From NCBI GenBank assembly GCA_025774605.1, contig JALGVR010000002.1:2522-66521 (forward strand): a stretch of DNA of 64,000 bases, written 5' to 3'. The DNA is from a bacterium (GTDB taxonomy: Bacteria > Electryoneota > AABM5-125-24 > Hatepunaeales > Hatepunaeaceae). Each line of letters opens with the position of its first letter. The stretch's first letter is position 1. A model generated the notes under the pieces. That model worked only from the letters and a program-made list of their open reading frames with translations. It ran no database searches and was not told where the DNA came from. A program made the position numbers and the translations under genes. Positions 20,154 through 28,500 of this stretch are shown piece after piece.

Positions 20154-21794
20154 TTAGAGCTCCAGGTCTATCTTTGCCAGCCAGAGCAGTCGTTTGTCGC
20201 GGTTCCCGGCGAATTCGTCCAGCATGAAGTTGATATCCGGCTTGACCAGATCCTTGAAGACGACCTCACCGTTGACCAGCACCTCCACCGGTTGATCCCA
20301 GCGGATCATCTCCCGGCAGAGTTTCAGCCTTAATCCGGATACTCTCGACGCTTTTATCTCGAACCTGTTGCCGATTCTCACCGCCTGCACCGCTCCGGAC
20401 GGACTCGTCCGCACGAACGCGTCATATTCGTTGATTGGCGGGAACTGCGACTCGAAATCCAGGATTTCCTCGCCCCGCTTCAGCTTGATCCTCACGGTTT
20501 CACCGCGCTTCTTGGTGGCTTTGGCGTCGCTCAGCTCCCTGAGATCGGCAACCGGAATATCGTCAAGACCGATCACAACATCCCCCTTCTGCAGACCGAT
20601 CTTGTAGGCGGGCAGGCTCGTATCCTGCGAAACAGAAGCCACGCACACTCCTTCGCCCTCCCATTCGCTGTCGGCGTTGAAACCGATCGTCACCCTGTCA
20701 TTGGTCATTCGGCGGTTTACATCGACGTGCCACTCTTCACGCCGGCGACCGGTATCGAGCGCGGTCACCTCCAGCCAGTCGACACCACCGTACTTCAGGT
20801 CGGACGTCTCCCAAACCAGGCGGGGGCGCAGCGGCTTCCGGCTGAACGCCTTCACGCGCTCGGCGAACGGCCGCCATTCCAGGCTCAGGTAGCCGTAGTT
20901 GTGCCCGGCGGTATCATAGGAGGTAAAGTATAATTCACACCCATGCTCAAGGGCAAGTTTCATAAACGGCAACATTCTTTCGCTCGGATAAAGACCATCC
21001 TTACCGCCGTTGGTCGCAAAAACAGGCCGGCAGGACATGTTCGGCAAATACACCGGCATTTTGCCCACCAGAGAGCCCACCGCCATATTTCCCGACCAGG
21101 GGAAGAACACCGCGAAGTCGGTCGGTGTCAACATCGCCAGGTGAAACGACCCGCTGGCGCCATCCGAAAAGCCGCCGAGAAACACATGGTCATCATCGAT
21201 ATTGTAACGGCGTTTCATCTCTCGGATCTGCCACTGCAGATTAGCGATGCCGGTGTCGTCCCACCAGAGGCAGCCCGCCTTTCCAGCCGGGAAAAGCAGG
21301 ATCATCCCGGTCTCCTCGCAGAGGTCTATTATCGGGTGGCCGGTGACCTGATTGATTTCGTTGATGAATTCCGGGCGGTACACCCCGCCGTGAAGCCAGA
21401 CCATCAGCGGTGTGGGAGAGGCCGGATCGTAACCGGTGGGAACGTAAACGAAAAATGGAGCCTGCAACGTGTCGGAGATGACGTGGGTCAGTTTAAACAG
21501 CCAGCCGATGATATCCGGATGCGGGTAATCATCGAAATTCACAATCCAGTCGATAAGGGAATCAACCGGTTGCTTCGACAGATAGTCACGGGTAACCATC
21601 GAGACGGGCTCTTCACCGATCAGCACCTCCCGGACAACCGATCTCTGCAACAGTCCACCGGATCCCTCAACGGCGGACACAACAGCCGGGGATATCAGCA
21701 TCAGAACGAGGGTTGTTATGATTACAAATACTCCCTCTGAACCTCTGTAAACCATGTTACACCTTTGGCTTAATTTCAGGAGCTCTTTCGCCAC
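20154..21794 (-). CDS. alpha/beta-hydrolase (esterase / S9-like peptidase) with C-terminal PDZ domain
   Basis: Signal/TM N-terminus. Nucleophile elbow GFSDG after MVWLHGG. C-terminal KIGLQKGDVVIGLDDIPV is PDZ-like. Confidence 0.6.
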   Translation of the reverse strand: MAKELLKLSQRCNMVYRGSEGVFVIITTLVLMLISPAVVSAVEGSGGLLQRSVVREVLIGEEPVSMVTRDYLSKQPVDSLIDWIVNFDDYPHPDIIGWLFKLTHVISDTLQAPFFVYVPTGYDPASPTPLMVWLHGGVYRPEFINEINQVTGHPIIDLCEETGMILLFPAGKAGCLWWDDTGIANLQWQIREMKRRYNIDDDHVFLGGFSDGASGSFHLAMLTPTDFAVFFPWSGNMAVGSLVGKMPVYLPNMSCRPVFATNGGKDGLYPSERMLPFMKLALEHGCELYFTSYDTAGHNYGYLSLEWRPFAERVKAFSRKPLRPRLVWETSDLKYGGVDWLEVTALDTGRRREEWHVDVNRRMTNDRVTIGFNADSEWEGEGVCVASVSQDTSLPAYKIGLQKGDVVIGLDDIPVADLRELSDAKATKKRGETVRIKLKRGEEILDFESQFPPINEYDAFVRTSPSGAVQAVRIGNRFEIKASRVSGLRLKLCREMIRWDQPVEVLVNGEVVFKDLVKPDINFMLDEFAGNRDKRLLWLAKIDLEL

Positions 21795-22960
21795 ATCCTT
21801 GATGATTTCGCGATGTCCAGCACCCCTTTGATGGCAGCATCGATATGATCTTCGGTATTGAACGGTCCTATGGAGAAGCGCACGGTTCCCTTGATCTTGT
21901 CGGTGCCGAGCTGTTCATGCGCGAGCGGTGCGCAATGAAGTCCGGTGCGGGTCGCAATATCATGATCCACGTCCAGCAGCGTGCCGGTGTTGACGGCTTC
22001 AAAACCTTCGACGTTCATCGACAGCACCGGCAGATGGTCGTCCAACGATTCAGCGCAGTAAAGCAGGACGCCGTCAATATCCCTCAATCCCTCCCACAGC
22101 TTGCGCATAAGTTTCATTTCATTTCTGTGGATCGCTTCCGGACCGCCGCGCGATTCAATGAACTCCTGTCCCGCCAGGAGCCCGGCGATGCCCATCGTGT
22201 TCAATGTGCCGGCTTCCAACCGGTAAGGATACTCCTCCAGGTGAAACTTCAGCGCCGACCTGACGCCGGTGCCGCCCCAGCGCGTCCCGTAAATAACGGC
22301 ACCCTCAGCCACGCTTATCCCGCCGATTCCCGTCGGTCCGAACAGCGACTTGTGACCGGTGAAACAGACGGCGTCGATGCACATCTCCTTCATGTCAATC
22401 GGCACTACACCGGCGGTCTGGGAGGCATCCACGGCAAAGAAAACGTTACGCTCCCGGCAGATTTTACCTATTTCTCCAATGGGCTGGAAGGTGCCGATGA
22501 CGTTGGAGCCGTGATTCACGATGACAAGCTTCGTATCCGGTCTGACAGCGCGGCGGATATCATCAGGATCGATGAAGCCGTTCTGATCAAAGGGAATCCA
22601 GGTTACATCTATATCGTCCCTCTGGGACAAATGCCAGAGAGGTCTGATGACGCTGTTATGTTCAAGGTTGGTTGATATGGCGTGCCCGCCCTCACGGCAC
22701 AGCACACCCTGGATGACCTGGTTAAGCGCATCGGTGGCGTTATAGGCGAATACAAGGCGATTGGGATCGTCCCCGTTGAAGAATTCAGTCAGCCGTTTAC
22801 GGCAACTGTGCACTGTCTGTTCGGCTTCAACGGCGCGGTCATACCCCGATCGACCGGGATTTACGCCGTAATCGCGATAGAACCTGCTCATCGCTTCATG
22901 AACGGAGTCAGGCTTGGGCCAGGCTGTTGCTGCGTTATCCAGGTAAATCAATTCCCGCAT
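21776..22960 (-). CDS. class V aminotransferase / cysteine desulfurase-like PLP enzyme
   Basis: YLDNAATAWPKP at the N-terminus and FTGHKSLFGPTGIGG around the PLP-lysine region. 394 aa. Confidence 0.8.
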   Translation of the reverse strand: MRELIYLDNAATAWPKPDSVHEAMSRFYRDYGVNPGRSGYDRAVEAEQTVHSCRKRLTEFFNGDDPNRLVFAYNATDALNQVIQGVLCREGGHAISTNLEHNSVIRPLWHLSQRDDIDVTWIPFDQNGFIDPDDIRRAVRPDTKLVIVNHGSNVIGTFQPIGEIGKICRERNVFFAVDASQTAGVVPIDMKEMCIDAVCFTGHKSLFGPTGIGGISVAEGAVIYGTRWGGTGVRSALKFHLEEYPYRLEAGTLNTMGIAGLLAGQEFIESRGGPEAIHRNEMKLMRKLWEGLRDIDGVLLYCAESLDDHLPVLSMNVEGFEAVNTGTLLDVDHDIATRTGLHCAPLAHEQLGTDKIKGTVRFSIGPFNTEDHIDAAIKGVLDIAKSSRMWRKSS

Positions 22961-23050
22961 TCAACTCCTCCTCTTCCCACTTCGATTGATTGTAATAAGT
23001 TAATTCCTAATTGAGTTTGTAGCAAGTGGGCTTCGGCAAACCGGAAGAGG

Positions 23051-23479
23051 TCATCGAGATTTACGCTCTTGACGAAGAAAATCCGCAACTATCCGCCTGT
23101 GGTCGAAAACAATATCTTCCGGTAACTCATCATCAGAGAAAACAACTGCTTCAGCAGCGTCGTCATGTGCCGTCGGCATACCCTCGGCAGTGGCGCCAAA
23201 GGCGACGCTGACCGTGTGGAAACGCGCGTCCCGCCCCGGATCGGAATAGACGCCCACCAGCCATAGATCATGGATCTTCATGCCCGTTTCCTCTTCTGCC
23301 TCCCTGACGGCCGCGTGTTCGACCGTCTCACCGACATCGACGAAACCGCCCGGCAGCGCCCAGCCATGCGGCGGATTCCTGCGCCTTATCAGCACGATCC
23401 CGCCACCGGTGCGGACAACCGCATCGACGGTCAGCAGGGGGGTTACAGGGGGCCATTTTTTGCCAGCCATCCTGTTCAC
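23051..23479 (-). CDS. NUDIX hydrolase
   Basis: Nudix box GGFVDVGETVEHAAVREAEEETG. Confidence 0.8.
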   Translation of the reverse strand: MNRMAGKKWPPVTPLLTVDAVVRTGGGIVLIRRRNPPHGWALPGGFVDVGETVEHAAVREAEEETGMKIHDLWLVGVYSDPGRDARFHTVSVAFGATAEGMPTAHDDAAEAVVFSDDELPEDIVFDHRRIVADFLRQERKSR

Positions 23480-24903
23480 CGCGGCGCTGGAACGACCAGA
23501 GTCTTCAGCTCGCTCAGCTCTTCCATCGCATATTTGACGCCCTCCCGACCGAAGCCTGAGTTCTTGACTCCGCCGTATGGGTAGTTGTCCACCCGGAGGG
23601 TCGGGATGTCATCGATGACCACTCCACCGACATCCAACCGGTTGTACGCCGTCATGGCTTTCCCGATATCCCTCGTAAACACGCCGGTCTGCAGTCCGTA
23701 TTTCCAGGAATTCACCCGCTCAAGCGCGGCTTCAAAGCTGTCATACGAAGATACGACCGTCACCGGCGCGAATGCCTCCTCAACGCAGATGCGGCTGTCC
23801 CAGGGGACGTTCACAAGGACCGCCGGATTGATGCGGTTGCCGTCCCGCTCGCCGCCGCAGAGTATTTCCGCACCGGCATCAACGGCTTCACCGATCCATT
23901 CCTCGACCCGCCGCGCCTCGCCTTCGTCGATCATCGCTGCAACCTGTGTTTCGTCCTCGAGCGGGTCGCCCATTCTCAACCCCGCCACCATCGGCGCGAA
24001 CCGCTCGAGGAAATCTTCATGGACATCCCTGTGCAGCAGGATGTGCTGAACGGAAATGCAGACCTGCCCCGTGTGCGCGTAACCCCCGATCAGGATGCGT
24101 TTCAACGCATGATCAAGGTCGCAGTCGGGCTCGACGATCGCGGCGGCGTTTCCGCCCAGTTCGAGGCAGACCCGTTTGCCGGCAGCTCGCTTCATAATCC
24201 CCCATCCGACCGCGGCTGACCCTGTGAAGGTAACCGCCTTCACGCGCGGATCCTCGATCAGAGGTGAAGCCAGCCGGGACGGGGTTGGAATTACATTACA
24301 CCCTCCGGGAGGCAAACCGGCTTCCAGCAGCAACTCACCCAGTTTCAGTGCGGTAAGCGGCGTCGTGCTTGCCGGTTTGATATTGATCGCATCGCCGACC
24401 GCCAGCGCCGGCGCGACCTTGTGCGCGACCAGGTTCAGCGGAAAGTTGAACGGCGATATGCCCGTTACCAGCCCCAACGGGAATCGTCTCACCAGCGCCA
24501 GGCGGTCACCGCCTCCGGCGTTTATATCGAGCGGCAGCAGTTCGCCGCCCCAGCCGCGCGCTGCTTCGGCAGCCAGACGGAAGGTCGTCTCCGCCCTCGA
24601 CGCTTCACCGCGCGCCTCCCGGACAGGCTTGCCGCCCTCAAGTGCGATCAGCCTGGCGAACGATTCATTCTGTTCAGCGATGGCATCGGCTGCACGATGA
24701 AGTATCTCGGAACGCTGGTAGTTCCTGAGCTCACGCATGGATTCCGCGCCGGCAGAACCGGACTCCAATGCCCGCGCGACCTCCTCTTCACCGGCGTAGC
24801 AGCATTCGCCGATCCTCCCGCGAGTCCAGGGGCTCTCGACCGCCAGAATGTCCTTCGTGTAGACATCCTCACCGCCGATCAACAGGGGAGTTGTATCACT
24901 CAT
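23476..24903 (-). CDS. NAD(P)-dependent aldehyde dehydrogenase
   Basis: 475 aa. ELGGNAA motif with catalytic Glu, catalytic Cys in GQVCISV, and FTGSAAVG NAD-binding segment. ATGA overlap with the Nudix gene. Confidence 0.9.
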   Translation of the reverse strand: MSDTTPLLIGGEDVYTKDILAVESPWTRGRIGECCYAGEEEVARALESGSAGAESMRELRNYQRSEILHRAADAIAEQNESFARLIALEGGKPVREARGEASRAETTFRLAAEAARGWGGELLPLDINAGGGDRLALVRRFPLGLVTGISPFNFPLNLVAHKVAPALAVGDAINIKPASTTPLTALKLGELLLEAGLPPGGCNVIPTPSRLASPLIEDPRVKAVTFTGSAAVGWGIMKRAAGKRVCLELGGNAAAIVEPDCDLDHALKRILIGGYAHTGQVCISVQHILLHRDVHEDFLERFAPMVAGLRMGDPLEDETQVAAMIDEGEARRVEEWIGEAVDAGAEILCGGERDGNRINPAVLVNVPWDSRICVEEAFAPVTVVSSYDSFEAALERVNSWKYGLQTGVFTRDIGKAMTAYNRLDVGGVVIDDIPTLRVDNYPYGGVKNSGFGREGVKYAMEELSELKTLVVPAPR

Positions 24904-25016
24904 AGTCGTAAGTCCTTAAATTCAATTTCATTTTCAGGTTTGTTTATTGGTGGTGTCAGCGATTCATTGTCATTCTGGCAAAACAGCGTGCCTGAGAACA
25001 GTAAATTGTCTCGGGG

Positions 25017-25285
25017 TTCGTCGTTCCAACGCAGGTTGGAATCAAGAGTACATAATGATATTGCGGGAGTTACTGGATTCCTGCCTGCCAGTCTGTCCGA
25101 GAATTCCAAATTGTTTAGAGATTCATCATTCCAACGAAAGTTGGAATCCAGAGAACTCGCTGATATTGCGGGAGTTACTGGATTCCTGCCTGCGCAGGAA
25201 TGACAATTGTAAAGACCGAATTACTGGCTGCGCGGGAATGACAATTGTAAAGACCGAATTGCTGCCTGCGCAGGGATAACAACCG
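25017..25285. repeat. mosaic of REP-like hairpin repeats (family shared with 31687-32232 and 51915-52030)
   Basis: Hairpin units: ttccaac-gcag-gttggaa (25024-25041); tcatcattccaac-gaaa-gttggaatccag (25123-25151); reverse-orientation unit ggattcctgc-ctgc-gcaggaatgaca (25180-25206). Direct repeats: ggaatgacaattgtaaagaccgaatt twice (25197-25222, 25234-25260); attgcgggagttactggattcctgcctgc twice (25061, 25167). Confidence 0.7.
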
Positions 25286-25481
25286 TCAAGGGACGCCACC
25301 TGATTATTGGATTTACAGTTATTAAAGAATACTTGGTGTGCAGCTTGGAGAACGGACATTCCTTTCCGCCTTAGACCGCCTCCCTATAATCATCCGGCCG
25401 GACAGGAATGTCCGCCCTCCATGTTCATGCCTGCAATGGACAGAATGTACACCCTCAGCATATACCGGACATTCTCAATAT

Positions 25482-25516
25482 AAAAACCCCCGACATGACA
25501 ATGCAAGTCGGGGGTT
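25482..25516 (-). terminator. Rho-independent terminator of the 1896-aa gene
   Basis: On the minus strand: GC-rich stem cccccgac / gtcggggg with a 12-nt loop, followed by TTTTT. Lies 30 nt after the stop at 25547. Confidence 0.6.
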
Positions 25517-25546
25517 AATGTTAAGTTGAACGAAAGGAAAGACCGC

Positions 25547-28500
25547 CTACCTCAGCAGTATCGCCTTCTGCATCGCCTTGAAGTTACCGCTCTCGAGCTT
25601 GATGATGTAAACGCCCGAAGTGGCGTCCTGGGCATCCCACATGACGCTGAAGCGTCCGGCTGAATGGTAGCCCGATGTAAGGTCGGCCACCTTGCGTCCG
25701 TGCATATCCCAGACCGTCACGCTGGTCGCGCCCGGTGTCGGCAGCCCGAAGCGTACCGTCGTTTTGGCATTGAAGGGGTTCGGGAAGCTGGGGGTGAGGA
25801 AATAGACGTTGGGTATGTTGGGACCGAATTGATCCTCGACGCCAAGACTGACGTTCAGCACAAACGGGGCGTTCGAAGCCATGACAGCCGCCATGCTGTC
25901 ATCGACGGCAAGAACGTACCATTCCAACACCTTTTCGATCTGATATTCCTCGAGTCCCAGACTGTCAAGAAGTTCCTGCTTTGTAACCGTGAATTCAGTT
26001 GTCTCAAACGGAATAAATACTGAATCGTTCGGCATATCCCGATCCTTCAGCACATACAGATAGTGCACCGCATCCGGTTCCCACGGATTGTCCGCCGGTA
26101 TGGCATCCTCCCACTGGAATGTAACCTCATCCACTTCGTCCGTGATCCTGAAACCGTTGTCGGGAGCCACCAGTGCGAATGGATCAGGTGGATCGTTGAG
26201 ATCATATATGCTGAGCATGAATTCGTCATCCACAGCAGCTCCAGCCGGATCGGTGGCGCGGACCGTTATGGTAAATGGATCGGCGCCGTGAGAGTTAATG
26301 TTCTCAATCGGATGGATGACCAGGTTGCCGTCAATTATCTCAAGGCCGAGATCAGCCTCCGGATTAACCAGCGACAGATCAAGGGGATCGCCATCCGGAT
26401 CAGCGAACACTTCAGCGAGCGGCACCTGAACCGCATCGGAATCCTCGGGAAGCTCCATGTCGTCGATCGGGTTGGCTACTCCCGGACCGCGGTTGACGTC
26501 GCCGACCGTGATAACCGCCGTGATCTGATCGGTGTCCTCATCGGTGTCGGTCAGCGTAAACACCGGCTCGTAGGGAATCGGGTTGCCATCCTCGTCGAAA
26601 CGGGCGTCTTCAAAGGTCGGCGTCCAGGTGAAGGTCATCGTACCGTCACCGTTGTCCGCCCACTGGTAACCGTCCGGCAGATCAGCGGGATCGATCGCCC
26701 AAGCCAGGTCCTCCGGCGCATCCTCGACGTCAGCCCCCCAGTAGGTGAAGGTCAACTCGACATCCTCGTCAACGGCGTAATTGATGGCGTCGGGTAACTC
26801 GTTACCCCCTTCATTAACGATCGTTGGCGGGTCGTTGACCGGTGTGACGATAAGATCGAACTCAAACGTACCGGTAAGGTCTCGATTCGGTATCCAGCCC
26901 GGAATCCTGCCGCTGATTGAGCGCAACGAACGGGAGCTCATCAGATCATCGCCGGCGCTGTCGTCGACACGCCGCAATATACGGGCGCTGGCGTCCCGTC
27001 CATCATCCCGCTGATCGTCGGCGGTCAGAGCAAGCCCTTCGATTCTGCCGTTCCATTCCGGCTCTGTAACCCTTATCCAGTAAGAATATGGGTCATCTTC
27101 ATCGGGATCCCTGATCTCCTGACCGACACCTCCGACCTGGTCCCACCAGAATTGAGTCAACTCGTCCCCGTCAGGATCGGTGAAGAATTCGCGCAGGTCA
27201 GGAATAACCATTACCCAGTCGGCGTCCTCGTCCACGGTGAAGGTCCAGACTTCATTCTCCTCGTCCCAGGCGAAGATCTGGTCTCTTACCTCAGTAACGA
27301 CCTCGGGCGCATGATTAATATCATTCACCAGCACGATGACAGTGGCGAGATCCGCAACGTCCTCATCATCGGGATCGTAAGCCCGGAATTGGAGCTCATA
27401 GGGGTCGTCACGACCCGATTCATATGGATCGGTTTCCCAGCTGAATGTGCCGTCCTCCAATGTCCAATCGCCCAGTCCATCGATGAGATCCGGGTTTGCG
27501 AACTCAAGCTCCATGTTCTCAACCGGCGGATTGACCAGCTCAAGGTCGAATTCCACCAGATCGCCCTCATCAACCTCCATATTGTCAACCGGACGAATGA
27601 AGAAGACATCGGGAACGTTTATATTGACCCGGGTCAGTCCGCCTTCAACCCACCTGAGCTGACCGGCGACCACCTCAACCTCAACCTCGCCGTCCTCGCC
27701 TTCCCAGATGTATTCGTTACCCTGTGAATGATCCCAGATGTGGAAGTAAATATCTTCACCCGAATGGAAGCCTTCGACCAGAAAATCCGAACCGCCGTCA
27801 TCACCGAAGGCAGGCACACCCAGCAACTGGGCGGGATCCTCGATGGCGCGGGAGCCGCAGCAGATTCCGGTACCGTTGAACACGCCGACCTCATCGTAGA
27901 GGGAAGCGCGTTCACCGCTCATCGTCAGTGTAACCAGGATGCTGTGGCTCTGATCTGCGGGACCCTGATAGTAGTCGTAATGACCCTCAGCCTCGGAGCC
28001 GGTACCCGTCATGTAAATGCCGAATTCCGGTTCATCGGGATCGTTGCTGTGGACGATGATCTGGTCGTCCGCATAAGCCAATCCCGCCGCCGGTGTGAAG
28101 GTTACGTTCAGATCGAAGCCCTGACCCGCTTCGAGGGAAACCTCCTCCTGATCCCAGTCGCATTCAAGGGTCTCATGGTTTGGCTCGACGTTGTTGATAA
28201 CCAGCGTCTGGCCACCGGAGTTAAAGATGTGAATGGTGTGTACGACGGCATCGTCGACATGGACAGGTCCGAAATCCCAGTAACCGAGATCGTTGCCTTC
28301 ATCATCCTCCAGTCCGGTTGTAACGCCGACCTGACGTTCCAGCTCCTCGATCTCGGCGCTCAGCTCGACCGTCGTCTCACCGTCAACCTCAAACACTTCG
28401 GGGCCTGCAACCCACTCGATCGTTACCGGTTCAAGCACTTCACCCAGTGTCCAGTCCCAGAACTTGAAGGTCATCTCGGAACCGGCGATAAAGCCGTCAT

